Below, one piece after another: positions 34,842 to 45,378 of a stretch of DNA of 64,000 bases. The first letter of the stretch is position 1; every line of letters begins with the position of its first letter. This DNA comes from Candidatus Bathyarchaeia archaeon (GTDB lineage Archaea > Thermoproteota > Bathyarchaeia > Bathyarchaeales > Bathycorpusculaceae), in assembly GCA_050015395.1 (NCBI GenBank), contig JBEKBM010000003.1:64001-128000 (forward strand). Direction: 5' to 3'. The position numbers and the translations under genes were made by a program. The notes under the pieces were generated by a model. The model saw only the letters and a program-made list of their open reading frames with translations, did no database searches and was not told the origin of the DNA.

Positions 34842-35210
34842 GTGAAAGTATTAAATGGTCTGTTCGCGTTTCTATTTGCAGTAGTAATAATCTTTTGCTT
34901 CATAGCCTCATTTCGCCTAATTAACATCCAATCCACAGTCATGTTACTAATTTTCAATGCGCTTTTTATTTCCCTAGCCTTTCAGTTGAACGGTGCGTTT
35001 AACGTGAAACTATGCCTTTTAGCATCAGGCAACATAATAGGTCTCTGTTGGAACTTTATCTTTTACTCTTTCGCCATTACAGGAACCGTTTTTTTCGGTA
35101 AAATCTTCAATATCCTTTATACAGTTTTCTTTCCCTTTCTATGTTCACTTTGGATCGTAGCGTTTTGGTCTCTAAGCTTAACAGTTCTCCATCGTGAGAG
35201 CACAAACTAG
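34842..35210 (+). CDS. Small multi-pass membrane protein
   Basis: About 4 hydrophobic segments; overlaps the GT2 gene. Confidence 0.7.
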   Translation: MKVLNGLFAFLFAVVIIFCFIASFRLINIQSTVMLLIFNALFISLAFQLNGAFNVKLCLLASGNIIGLCWNFIFYSFAITGTVFFGKIFNILYTVFFPFLCSLWIVAFWSLSLTVLHRESTN

Positions 35211-36501
35211 GAGATTCGCTTTGATTTCTGTAGTTTTAGAAATCTTTTTCCTACTTTTAACTGCAGTAATGGTGGCTTACCTTGTTAGGCATTATATTTT
35301 TACCATTACCGTTTTAAGGGGAGCCAACAAAAACAAAAAACCCGCAGCCATTGAGGCTTCAACGTTTGAACCTACGGTTACCATCCTTATTCCAGCACAT
35401 AACGAGGAGAAAGTTATTGGACGATTGCTTCAGCGAATCAGTGAGTTAACCTATCCAAAAGACAAACTGCAAGTAATAGTCATCAATGACGCTTCATCCG
35501 ACCAAACTGGGGCAATAGCAGACGATTACAAAAACAAGTACCCGTTCATAGAAGTGCTGAATCGAGACAAAAGCAACGGCGGCAAAGGAAAAGCATCAGC
35601 TATGAACGATGGCTTTAGCAAATCAACTGGCGAAATAGTGCTTTGTTTCGATGCTGACTATTGCCCTCAGAAAGATATTGTTGAGAAACTTGCCAGAGAA
35701 TTCATTGACCCCAAAGTTGGTGCAGTACAGGGAAGAGTCGTTGTCTTAAATGAACCCGAAAACATAGTTACGCGGTTAGTGGCGCTGGAGCGAATAGGCG
35801 GATACCGCGTTGACCAAGAAGCAAGAGATAATTTAGGCTTAATCGTGCAGTTTGGAGGAACCGTCGGCGGATTTAGGAGCAGTTTGCTAAAAAACCTGCG
35901 TGGTTGGGATGAGACCGTATTGGCAGAAGACACCGATTTAACTTTTCGCATTTACCTCGCAGGCTACAGAATCCCCTATAATATTGATGCAGAATGCTAT
36001 GAGGAAGCAGTTGATAACTGGAAAGCTTATCGCCAACAAAGGTACCGGTGGGCAAAAGGGCACATGCAATGCTTCTTTAAACACTCATGGAACGTTTTGA
36101 AAAGTAAAAACTTGAATGTTAAAGAGAAAATCGATGGTTTATTATTGCTAAATGTTTATTTTATACCTATTCTGGCTTTGTTTTCGATGCTTATTGGTTT
36201 ATATCTGATTCTTTCGGGTTTACAGCTTATAAGCACTTTATGGTTTTTCATTCCAATATCTGTGTACTGTTCTGTAGGTAACTTTGCTCCTTTTTTTGAG
36301 GTTGGAATCGGGATATACTTGGATGGTCGAAAAAGAGCGCAGTGGCTTATTCCTCTTTTGATATTTACTTTCTTTTACAATATACCTATTTGTTTGAAGG
36401 CTTTTCTCGATGTGATGACTTCAAAAATTATGAGGCGAGATGCGAATGTGTGGGTTAAAACATCACACTCGGGTAGTGGAAACTGTTATATTGCAAATTA
36501 A
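35194..36501 (+). CDS. Processive GT2 glycosyltransferase (cellulose synthase/PgaC-like)
   Basis: IPAHNE, NDAS, GKASA, FDAD, AEDTD, QRYRW motifs plus TMs. Confidence 0.92.
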   Translation: MRAQTRRFALISVVLEIFFLLLTAVMVAYLVRHYIFTITVLRGANKNKKPAAIEASTFEPTVTILIPAHNEEKVIGRLLQRISELTYPKDKLQVIVINDASSDQTGAIADDYKNKYPFIEVLNRDKSNGGKGKASAMNDGFSKSTGEIVLCFDADYCPQKDIVEKLAREFIDPKVGAVQGRVVVLNEPENIVTRLVALERIGGYRVDQEARDNLGLIVQFGGTVGGFRSSLLKNLRGWDETVLAEDTDLTFRIYLAGYRIPYNIDAECYEEAVDNWKAYRQQRYRWAKGHMQCFFKHSWNVLKSKNLNVKEKIDGLLLLNVYFIPILALFSMLIGLYLILSGLQLISTLWFFIPISVYCSVGNFAPFFEVGIGIYLDGRKRAQWLIPLLIFTFFYNIPICLKAFLDVMTSKIMRRDANVWVKTSHSGSGNCYIAN

Positions 36502-36519
36502 TAATTAATGTAGATATTA

Positions 36520-36783
36520 ATGATTCAAGATCAGAATTCATTAATTGCTACTCTGATAGCCACAATCGCCATGATAATTGTACTCTTTTTTCTGCCCGCT
36601 CTAATAGAATTAAAAAAACCAAAAGATGCAGGACCAAGACTAATAGACGATAACATCCCAAAAATAAGAATCGGCACCCTAAAAGTCCCCATAACAGACA
36701 TTGAAGAAGAGCAGAAATTTACTTATCAATCAACAACCAAAACTGCAGATTTCCTTTATACTATTCCGAACTTGGAAGTTTAG
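36520..36783 (+). CDS. Small membrane-anchored protein
   Basis: N-terminal TM followed by LPALIELKKPKDAGP. Confidence 0.6.
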   Translation: MIQDQNSLIATLIATIAMIIVLFFLPALIELKKPKDAGPRLIDDNIPKIRIGTLKVPITDIEEEQKFTYQSTTKTADFLYTIPNLEV

Positions 36784-37826
36784 TTTTCATTCTTTTTGAA
36801 TATTAACCCCGCGTTTTTCCACTGGTCCATAGCCAACGATAAATAGCCAGATGGGCTTCCCTGAAGAGAATAGAAAATATAACATAGATAGTTACATTGT
36901 GTGCATTCATGGTAAGCTTCGCGGAGTTCCTTGAATTCTTGACTTTTCCACATCTTGGGCAAATCAAATATTGAACCAGCAAAATTGTGGCTGTGGCACC
37001 CAGCAATTCTGCCTAAATGGTCAACGACTAGGAAGTTACGTAGTGCTTGGCATTTCCATGTTCTCTTATCTTCCTCATAGAAGCTTCGTAAAGCTTTTAG
37101 AAGTTTGTTTGTCATTAGGATTTTCGTATTTTTCTTTTTCATTTCAATTAGGGAATTGCAAAGTTTAACCATGGCTTGCTTATCTGTTATAACGAACTCA
37201 TTGTTTTCTTTGCCAATCCTAAATAGTTGTTTCTCGTCCGCTGCAATGTCATACGAGTAAAGGCAGTACCAGACGGGGATTCCTTTTTTTGTGAAGTAGT
37301 TAGTTATATCAATTATTTCATGTAGGTTTTTTTGTGAAATTGTCGGTGTGACACTAACATTTATTCCCTTATTGTGAAGCTTTTCCACGGTTTCCATTGC
37401 TCTTTTCCATGCGCCAGGTACATTCTTTATTTCATCGTTTTTTGTTTCGTCCAAACTGTCTATTGAAATTGCCACGAAATCTACATTTCGTAGGACATCG
37501 ATTTTTTTGGCAGCCATGCTTCCGTTATCATAAACGGTTGTGACGAAAAGTTTTGAGGCGTAATCAATTATCTCGCCTATGTCCTCTCTAAGAAGCGGCT
37601 CGCCGCCTGATATTACAAGCTCAACTATGCCAAGATTTTTTAGAATATCTAATCCTTTTTTTATGTCAACCGTTGCAAGTTCTCTCTCGTCTTGTTCTTT
37701 CCAGACATTGCAATCTGCACAGCGGTAGTTACATTTTCTTGTAACCAACCATTGAGCATGGTGAGGCTTACCTGGCGCAAGTGAACGTCTTGCGATTGAT
37801 GCTACTTTTTTGATGTCTGTCGTCAA
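36780..37826 (-). CDS. Radical SAM protein with a SPASM/twitch domain
   Basis: CNYRCADC, SGGEPLLR, C-terminal C...GxIxxC...CxxCxxxC. Confidence 0.9.
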   Translation of the reverse strand: MTTDIKKVASIARRSLAPGKPHHAQWLVTRKCNYRCADCNVWKEQDERELATVDIKKGLDILKNLGIVELVISGGEPLLREDIGEIIDYASKLFVTTVYDNGSMAAKKIDVLRNVDFVAISIDSLDETKNDEIKNVPGAWKRAMETVEKLHNKGINVSVTPTISQKNLHEIIDITNYFTKKGIPVWYCLYSYDIAADEKQLFRIGKENNEFVITDKQAMVKLCNSLIEMKKKNTKILMTNKLLKALRSFYEEDKRTWKCQALRNFLVVDHLGRIAGCHSHNFAGSIFDLPKMWKSQEFKELREAYHECTQCNYLCYIFYSLQGSPSGYLSLAMDQWKNAGLIFKKNEN

Positions 37827-38547
37827 ATAAGTGTCACTAGCCGCTTCGTTGAATTTAATACTCTAAACATTGGAACTATAAAAACAATTATCCGAACCTA
37901 AACAACATACTTTTTTGCTTTGCGGTAGCAATGCATCCTTGTTTCTTTGAAATTATTTCATCGTAATTCGCCCAGTCAGCTTTACCCATATTATCTTTTA
38001 GTATTCAATATCGACTGTTTCCTCAAAGTATTCATCTTTAAATTGAATAGCATAACTGAGGTTCATAGGGTTTAAGACGTTTTGTGCCCTAATGTTTTAT
38101 GCAGTAGATTCGCAGGTGCCCTTTGGCAAAAAGGGCTTGTGGTTTTGTTGAAAGTTAACCTTTGGATTTAGGTTTTCTATTGCTCTGGGTTTCAAATGGG
38201 CTTCTTCAATGTCTGTGTGCTCTCTACCTACCTGGTAGGTCACAAAATATATACGTTTTGCATATACGTTTGTATATACGCCGAGCATGTGCCTAAAGCG
38301 TTTAAGCCTAGTGCGAGGTCTTGTAAAGTTAGTGCTCTTAGCCATCGAAAAAAACCTCTTAATACTGAGGGGCTCTTGAGTGAATACTCCGCGTCATCGT
38401 TTCAGCAGGTTTCACGCCCAACTAAGCCTTACTTGCGAACTACTTTTTACGGGGAAAGCCTATAATTCCAGCGAGCGAAACAACTATTCAAGACTGACTA
38501 CTTCTAGTCAGAGAAGCATTTTAGTAATTATTTAGGAGATTCTAATA

Positions 38548-39431
38548 GTGTTAGCTGGTTTCTGGGAGCATGTCAAAGAGTTAAAGCATAGACTTAAAAT
38601 CATTTTCATTGCTCTTATTGCTGCAGCCGCTTTTTTTTGCGCTTTTTCCCTCCAATCCTATCCACATGTTTACAGCTAAGTTTTGGTTGACGGGAATGTA
38701 CTCACCTATTGTGTCTGTTTTTTTGAATTGGATTAGGAATTTTATTGCACCTCGTGGGTTGCAGATCATCAGCTTGGAGATTGGAGCGCCGTTCGAAATC
38801 TATTTCCTAGCGTCAATAATTTTTGGTTTTTTGGTAAGTTCGCCTGTGATAGCGTATGAACTGTACAAGTTTGTTGATCCAGCATTATATCCGCATGAGC
38901 GAAAGTCGGTTTATCCATTTGTTGTGGGATTCACCGGCCTATTCATTGCTGGCGCATTGTTTGGGCTATTTGTTTTGTCACCGTTCATAGTTTATACAGT
39001 GATTTTGTTTTCACAAATTGTAGGTTCGTTGCCTGTTCTCTCAGTCTCGGATTTTTACTCTATGATTCTCACGACGATAGGTTTAACAGGGTTCGGCTTC
39101 ACTATCCCAGAAATTTTTGTTCTGTTAGTCAAGTTTGGTATGGTAAAAACAAGCATGATCGCAAAAAACAGAGTTTGGTTCTACTTCATTCTATACATAG
39201 TCACGGCGATTATTACACCTGATGGCGGACCTCTGGCAGATATTGCTCTTTTCATTCCTATGGTAGTACTTTGGGAAGTTGCTCTGCTTATCGCCAAAAG
39301 ATATGAGAAAGAGCCTCCAACATCACCTTCTGTAAGTGGTTTTGATATGTCAAAAAAAATGCTCATACTGTGGGCAGACAATAGACGATTCTGATGTCTT
39401 TTGTAAACAATGCGGAAAATCCCAACGATAG
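38548..39431 (+). pseudogene. tatC: TatC with a C-terminal zinc ribbon, interrupted by two +1 homopolymer frameshifts
   Basis: FWEHVKELKHRL in one frame, then T8 (38631-38638), core (PALYPHE, AIITPD), then A8 (39352-39359), then KKCSYCG...FCKQCGK. Confidence 0.8.
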
Positions 39432-39579
39432 CCTTTTACGAATGCTTGAAAAGAAAGAAAGTTTTTGTTCAAAATTCGATTTTACATGCGTTTTGCAAGG
39501 AACGGTTTTTAAGAATGGTGTTTCTGGTAATGCTAGAACGGTTTCACTCTTGGTTGAGTGAGCACTGGCGGAGAGAACT

Positions 39580-42500
39580 GTGGCAGATGGCGTTCAAAGC
39601 AATTCAGAAATATTCACCGTAAAAGAAAACGTGCCTTTAGCGCAGCCTCCCGTAACCGCAGAGGAAGTTCTGACTCTGCCAACAGACGAGTTATTATCTC
39701 GTCTTGGAACTTCATCTCAGGGTCTAAGTTCCCAAGAAGCGGAACAAAATCTAAATGTTTATGGCACTAACGAATTAGCTCGAAAGAGGAAACGTTCTGG
39801 TATAGTCAGTTTTCTACTTCACTTTAAAAGCCCCTTGATCATAATACTTTTGTTTGCAGCTGGGTTCGCTGGCGCCACTGGCGATGTTGCAGACTTTACT
39901 ATAATAGTTGCTATTGTTTTAATCAGCGTCATTATTGATCATTATCAAGAATCTAAAGCGGAAAATGCCGCTGAACTTCTCAAAGAAAAGGTCAGTACGA
40001 CGGCCACTGTGCTTCGTGATAAAATTAAGAAAGAGCTTAAACTTTCCCAAATCGTTCCCGGCGACATAATTTACCTCTCAGCTGGAGATATCATCCCTGC
40101 AGATTCAAGAATAATCAGCGCTAAAGATCTTTTCATAAATCAAAGCAGTCTAACAGGTGAATCGTTCCCTGTTGAAAAGACACCCAACAGGTTGGAGTCC
40201 ATAAACTTATCGTCTAGTTCGATTACTGAATGGAACAATTATCTGTTTATGGGCACTTCGGTTGTAAGCGGCAGCTCAACGGCAGTCGTTGCGAGAACTG
40301 GTGGATCTACAGAATACGGAAAAATTGCTAAGAAACTTGTTGCAAAGCCCCCTGAAACAGAATTTGAGCGCGGCGTAAAAGGGTTCAGTTACCTCATCAT
40401 GCAGGTTACGTTCGTATTGGTTATCTTCGTTTTTATTGTGCTTGCCCTGTTTCATCGAGGATTAGTCCAATCGCTTCTATTCTCAGCTGCCCTGGCAGTA
40501 GGGTTGACCCCTGAACTTCTACCGATGATCATTACGATGAACCTTTCCAAGGGAGCTGTAAACATGTCGAAAAAAGGCGTCGTAGTGAAGCACCTGCCTT
40601 CGATTGAAAATTTCGGTAGCATGAACGTTTTGTGCACAGATAAAACAGGTACCCTAACGGAAAATCGCATATCGCTTGTATTGCATGTTGATTCGGAAGG
40701 TAACGATGATGATAAGGTACTTTTGTATTCCTACTTAAACAGTTATTATGAAACCGGGCTGAAAAGTCCTCTTGACGGTGCAATCCTATCTCATCAGGAA
40801 ATTAATGTCGAAAGTTTCCAAAAAATAGATGAAGTTCCATTTGATTTCGTCAGAAGACGTGTTTCTATTGTCGTTGAACAGGAAAGACAAAGATTCTTCA
40901 TAGCAAAAGGTGCTCCAGAAGACATCCTGAAAATTTCAAATTACTGCGAAATAGGCGGTATTATCCAAGATATTAGTGAAGAATTGCGAAAAAAGATTGA
41001 GCAAAAATACTTTGATCTGAGTGCAGAAGGCTTAAGAGCTCTGGGTGTTGCATACAAAAAACTCAGAGAAGACAAAGCCATCTACTCAGTTAATGATGAA
41101 AACGACATGGTGTTTCTTGGCTTCGTTGCTTTTCTTGACCCTCCGAAGGAAACAGCAAAAGAGTCACTGCGGCTTCTCGCCAAAGAAGGAATAGAGCTAA
41201 AGATCTTAACCGGTGACAACGAGCTAGTTACTAGAAAAGTTTGTGAGCAACTTGGCTTCGAGATTAAAGGGGTTGTTCTCGGAAACGACATGATCCAAAT
41301 GCACGATGATGCGTTAGCTCGAGTCGTGGAAGAAGCCAACGTATTCGCACGCGTAACTCCAGCACAAAAAGACCGAATAATTAATTCGTTGAAAAACAAC
41401 GGCCACGTTGTTGGCTTCATGGGCGATGGCATCAACGATGCTCCTTCCCTTAAAACATCTGATGTTGGCGTTTCTGTTAACAACGCAGTAGATGTGGCGA
41501 AGGAGTCTGCCGACATCATACTTCTAGAAAACGACTTGACAGTGCTAGCTGAAGGTGTTATTGAGGGAAGAAAAACTTTTGGTAACACCATGAAATACGT
41601 CATGATGGGTATTAGCTCAAACTTCGGTAACATGTTTAGTGTTGCAGGTGCAGCACTATTTTTGCCCTTCCTGCCAATGCTGTCCATAATGATTTTGTTA
41701 AACAATCTTCTGTACACGATCTCTCAAACTACAATAGCTACAGATAATGTCGATGAAGAATACATTGAGCGCCCCAAAAGATGGGACATTTCCTTCATCA
41801 GAAACTTCATGATAGTGGAAGGCCCAATTAGTTCAATCTTTGATTACGCTACGTTCTTTACAATGTTCTTCATTTTTGGTATTCCGGTAACTGCAGCAGC
41901 AACGGGCATCCCGTTGGCAACAGTTTTTCAGCAACACGAATTCCAAACTGCATGGTTCGTAGAATCGCTTATCTCTCAAACGTTAGTAGTATTTGTCATT
42001 AGGACAAGGGTATCGCCCTTCTGGAAAAGCAGACCTGGCAAGTACTTGGTATTAAGTACCCTCTCAATAGTTGCCGCAGCCCTTATAATACCCTATACAG
42101 CGGTGGGGCGGCTGTTCCATTTTGTACCTCCTCCGCCCCTGTTCTACGTTGCGTTGTTACTGATGATCGTTACCTACCTGGTTCTGGCTGAGATAGTAAA
42201 GAAATGGTTCTACAAACGGCATGCATTCAGAATTGAGCAAGCTTTGATTCCGAAAAGAAAAACCTTCTACCTCAGCAAGAGTGCACGGTTAGTGCAGGAT
42301 GTAGCTGCCGTGGTATGTCTGCGTCAAGAAAACGAAATTTCCCTTGATTCTCTGCTTGAAGATCTATCAAGAAGCTTAAACTATCCTATCGATTCGGATC
42401 TAGTTTACCAAAACCTACAGCATCTTCGCCGTGGAGGATTAATCGATGTGGACTGGCACAACCGAGTAATCAAAAGAAATGCGTCAATCAAAGAATACAT

Positions 42501-42636
42501 TACAAAACAAGTTGTAGCCAGCCAAATGTGGCCATTGATATTTGACGATTGGCTACGCATAAACAGAGCGATTGAAGAAAAATACGGCAAAGCCAACCCT
42601 GACTTCCAAGATCTTTTATCGCCAAGGCAGCATTAA
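39580..42636 (+). CDS. mgtA: Mg2+-transporting P-type ATPase (P3B) with a C-terminal extension
   Basis: TGES, PELLP, DKTGT, PFDFVRRR, KGAPE, GDGINDAP, SSNFGNMFS. Confidence 0.95.
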   Translation: MADGVQSNSEIFTVKENVPLAQPPVTAEEVLTLPTDELLSRLGTSSQGLSSQEAEQNLNVYGTNELARKRKRSGIVSFLLHFKSPLIIILLFAAGFAGATGDVADFTIIVAIVLISVIIDHYQESKAENAAELLKEKVSTTATVLRDKIKKELKLSQIVPGDIIYLSAGDIIPADSRIISAKDLFINQSSLTGESFPVEKTPNRLESINLSSSSITEWNNYLFMGTSVVSGSSTAVVARTGGSTEYGKIAKKLVAKPPETEFERGVKGFSYLIMQVTFVLVIFVFIVLALFHRGLVQSLLFSAALAVGLTPELLPMIITMNLSKGAVNMSKKGVVVKHLPSIENFGSMNVLCTDKTGTLTENRISLVLHVDSEGNDDDKVLLYSYLNSYYETGLKSPLDGAILSHQEINVESFQKIDEVPFDFVRRRVSIVVEQERQRFFIAKGAPEDILKISNYCEIGGIIQDISEELRKKIEQKYFDLSAEGLRALGVAYKKLREDKAIYSVNDENDMVFLGFVAFLDPPKETAKESLRLLAKEGIELKILTGDNELVTRKVCEQLGFEIKGVVLGNDMIQMHDDALARVVEEANVFARVTPAQKDRIINSLKNNGHVVGFMGDGINDAPSLKTSDVGVSVNNAVDVAKESADIILLENDLTVLAEGVIEGRKTFGNTMKYVMMGISSNFGNMFSVAGAALFLPFLPMLSIMILLNNLLYTISQTTIATDNVDEEYIERPKRWDISFIRNFMIVEGPISSIFDYATFFTMFFIFGIPVTAAATGIPLATVFQQHEFQTAWFVESLISQTLVVFVIRTRVSPFWKSRPGKYLVLSTLSIVAAALIIPYTAVGRLFHFVPPPPLFYVALLLMIVTYLVLAEIVKKWFYKRHAFRIEQALIPKRKTFYLSKSARLVQDVAAVVCLRQENEISLDSLLEDLSRSLNYPIDSDLVYQNLQHLRRGGLIDVDWHNRVIKRNASIKEYITKQVVASQMWPLIFDDWLRINRAIEEKYGKANPDFQDLLSPRQH

Positions 42637-43075
42637 ATCTTTTTTCTATTTTGTTTCAAACAGCGGCATCGAAAATCACCGAGAGATACACAGAGACAGA
42701 GACGGAGGGGGGTCTACTTCCTAATTCTCTTTTTCAGTACTGCTCTTAAAGGATATTAAATTTCAAAATTTTGTTAGGTACGATTACACTGTTTTCTTTA
42801 TTCTTGATTAAATGTAATCCAATAAGGAAAACCGTGAGCACAAATACCAGTTCCACTCCAATTAAAAGAACCCGTTGAGTTCAAATGCGGCTTGGCTTAT
42901 TTGCACTTGTATGAGTACAAGATTTTTTACCCAGTCTTCCTGCTTTACTGGTGTTTGCAGTTGCCACTAAGCGGTTTACGAGGCAGTATAACGCGTTAAT
43001 CATCTAAAATGTTGCCCGTTTGTTACAAGTATATTTATCTACTTGCATTCATAATAATTTGTGCTGGTTATTTGC

Positions 43076-43285
43076 TTGACAGATACAACAACAATAAGAG
43101 TTTCAAAGAAAACTGCAGAAGCGCTTGAGCACGTTAGGGAAAAGCTAAACGCGGAAAGCCTTGACGAAGCTATTCAATCACTAATCAAAAAACAACGCAA
43201 AACGATTTTGGAACAAGCCTTCGGTGTAGACCGCGCTAGGATTAAGCCTTTTTCGGAGGGAGACCGCGGTGAAGATCGTAATTGA
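43076..43285 (+). CDS. vapB: VapB-type antitoxin
   Basis: TTTIRVSKKT...SLDEAI...DRGEDR; overlaps the PIN gene. Confidence 0.8.
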   Translation: MTDTTTIRVSKKTAEALEHVREKLNAESLDEAIQSLIKKQRKTILEQAFGVDRARIKPFSEGDRGEDRN

Positions 43286-43673
43286 CTCTTATGCTTGGAT
43301 TGAACTCTTCATCGGAAGCGCAAAAGGCCGCAGAGTCAAAGAAATATTTGAAAGTGCTGATGAAGTTTACACACCTGACACCGCTTTAGCAGAGATTGCC
43401 CGCAAATACATCCGAGAAGGCATCGAAGACAAAATAATCAATGTGCGGTTGGAGCAAATAGTTGGCGCTTCAAATATTGCTTACTTGGATGCTAAGCTAG
43501 CGTTGGAATCAGCCAAGTGCTATATGGAGCTTGCAGATAATGCCCGAAAAAATAAGCTGAATGCACCCAGCCTTTTCGATGCAATCGTATTAGCAACAGG
43601 CAGGTCGCTTGAGGCAAAGATTGTGACTGGAGATGAACATTTCAGGCTCTTAGATGAGACAGTGTGGATTTAG
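43269..43673 (+). CDS. vapC: VapC PIN-domain toxin
   Basis: VIDSYAWIE, LAEI, SLFDAIVLA, VTGDEHF. Confidence 0.92.
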   Translation: MKIVIDSYAWIELFIGSAKGRRVKEIFESADEVYTPDTALAEIARKYIREGIEDKIINVRLEQIVGASNIAYLDAKLALESAKCYMELADNARKNKLNAPSLFDAIVLATGRSLEAKIVTGDEHFRLLDETVWI

Positions 43674-43716
43674 TTCTTTTTTTTTGCAACTGCCGCCAAG
43701 TAGGTTGAGAAGCAGT

Positions 43717-44724
43717 TTAACGCGTTAAAGCAATCCATAGATGGTCTGAGACTGGTCTTGGCAGCATCTCTGCCGTGTTGTCTTTATGCATGAGTATGCG
43801 TTTGTTGGGGTTCGGGTTGAATTCGCCTATGACGTCAGCGTAAATGTGCTCTAGGCTTAAGGCATCGATTATTTTGTTTGCGGCTTCTGGCTCCGCGGCT
43901 ATGAGCAATGCGCCTGAACTAATCAGCTGCATAGGGTCAATTTCATAGTACCTGCAGATTTTGGCGGTTTCTGGCTCAACCATGATTTTTTCTTCAAAAA
44001 CGCGTATGCCTAATCCTGCGGCGTCTGCCATTTCGTGGATGCCGTTTAGTATTCCGCCTTCTGTTGGGTCATGCATCGCGTGGACTCCGCCTGTTCTGTA
44101 AGCCGTTAAGGCGTCTTTTACAACGCTTATTTGGCTGTAGAAGCGTTTGGCGCTCTCAAGTATGGTCGGAGTAAAAACTTTTTTTAGTTGCTCTTCGCGG
44201 TCGGAAGCTAAAATTGCAGTGCCTTCAATTCCAGCGCTCTTTGTTAAAATTAGCTTGTCGCCTGCTTTAGCGCCTGCTACGGTAACGTATTTGCCTTTTT
44301 CTGTTAAGCCCATGATGCAGCCAACAACAATAGGATTAGCTAAACCCGGAGTTGATTCGCAATGTCCTCCAACAATCGCAATGCCAAGCTCCTTGGCGGC
44401 AGCGTTCATTTGGGTGCTTATGGTTTCAACGATTTTGCTGTCAGCGTTCTCTGGCAAAAGCAAGCATGAGAAGAAAAAGGCAGGCTCAACCCCAAACGTA
44501 GCCACATCATTAGCGTTAATGTTGATGGCTTCCCATCCGATCCGTTCAACTGCACCTGTGATTGGATCCATGGAAACGATGGCGTTTTTGTTTCCAACAT
44601 CTAACACTGCACCATCTACTCCAGCAGCAGGACCCAAAACGACCTCGCTACGGTTCGCTCCCAGGTTTTTGAAGACTACTTCTTTTAGGATGTCTATGGG
44701 GATTTTTCCGGGTGGCAGTTTCAT
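43717..44724 (-). CDS. AIR-synthase/PurM-fold family protein (HypE/ThiL-like, function unknown)
   Basis: DPITG, NANDVAT, VGGHCE, MHDPTEGG; lacks the HypE PRIC end. Confidence 0.85.
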   Translation of the reverse strand: MKLPPGKIPIDILKEVVFKNLGANRSEVVLGPAAGVDGAVLDVGNKNAIVSMDPITGAVERIGWEAININANDVATFGVEPAFFFSCLLLPENADSKIVETISTQMNAAAKELGIAIVGGHCESTPGLANPIVVGCIMGLTEKGKYVTVAGAKAGDKLILTKSAGIEGTAILASDREEQLKKVFTPTILESAKRFYSQISVVKDALTAYRTGGVHAMHDPTEGGILNGIHEMADAAGLGIRVFEEKIMVEPETAKICRYYEIDPMQLISSGALLIAAEPEAANKIIDALSLEHIYADVIGEFNPNPNKRILMHKDNTAEMLPRPVSDHLWIALTR

Positions 44725-44728
44725 GATC

Positions 44729-45301
44729 TTATTCTCTGTTAAATCTAGCTTTTAAGTTGTGCAACACACTCTGCTGTGTGGTTTGATTTCTCCAAGCTTC
44801 TGGGAGTCTCTTGCGAAGTATGGTGGCTAATGCAATACCAACTATTCCGCCTACAGCTATCTGCACTATGTTGGCGGGCACTTCGAACGCTGCTGCCCAC
44901 CCTTCTGATAGCCCGAAGAACTCAGCTATGAAATAACCTGTTACCATTTCTGAGCCTGCTATGACCACAGCTATGACGTCTCTTTTCTTGCTTAGTCTGT
45001 TGGATATTAAGCCAGCTATGAGTCCTTCAGCGCCTTTTATGATAAGGGTGAACGGTGCAAAGTAGGCGTATCCGGTAGCCGCATCAGATATTGCAGACCC
45101 AACGCCTCCTGCGAACCCACCGACGATTGGACCAAAAGTGAAGGAGCTGACGAAGATCATGATGTCGCCGAAGTTTAGGTATCCTCTTGTGGCTGGGATG
45201 TAAATCTGCACGAGGGCGGTTGTGACTGCGACAAGGGCTGCCATGACTCCTGCCTGTGCGATTATGAGTGTGGTTCTTTTTTTGTCAGGTTTGGGTTGCA
45301 T
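44729..45301 (-). CDS. ECF transporter S-component
   Basis: AxxxA motif (VMAALV), GYLNFGD, SAISD, APFTLIIKG; about 6 TMs. Confidence 0.88.
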   Translation of the reverse strand: MQPKPDKKRTTLIIAQAGVMAALVAVTTALVQIYIPATRGYLNFGDIMIFVSSFTFGPIVGGFAGGVGSAISDAATGYAYFAPFTLIIKGAEGLIAGLISNRLSKKRDVIAVVIAGSEMVTGYFIAEFFGLSEGWAAAFEVPANIVQIAVGGIVGIALATILRKRLPEAWRNQTTQQSVLHNLKARFNRE

Positions 45302-45330
45302 CTTTTTTCGCCTTGGTATGGTTGTGACTT

Positions 45331-45352
45331 TAGTATAGTTACAGCTATACTA
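45331..45352. promoter_or_regulatory. Perfect 8-6-8 inverted repeat TAGTATAG-TTACAG-CTATACTA, operator candidate
   Basis: Lies between a TATA-like element (~45353-45361, - strand) and the ECF ATG (45301). Confidence 0.65.
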
Positions 45353-45378
45353 TCAAATAAGCGTTACGGAACCAACAA

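Noticed and set aside
39480-39580. Possible Mg2+ riboswitch upstream of mgtA
   Set aside because: Only a short hairpin (TCACTC/GAGTGA) is visible and no M-box consensus is recognisable; an Infernal/Rfam scan would be needed.
43717-44724. Second hypE
   Set aside because: It lacks the C-terminal PRIC cysteine and the HGxGG motif; the true hypE is at 9253-10320.
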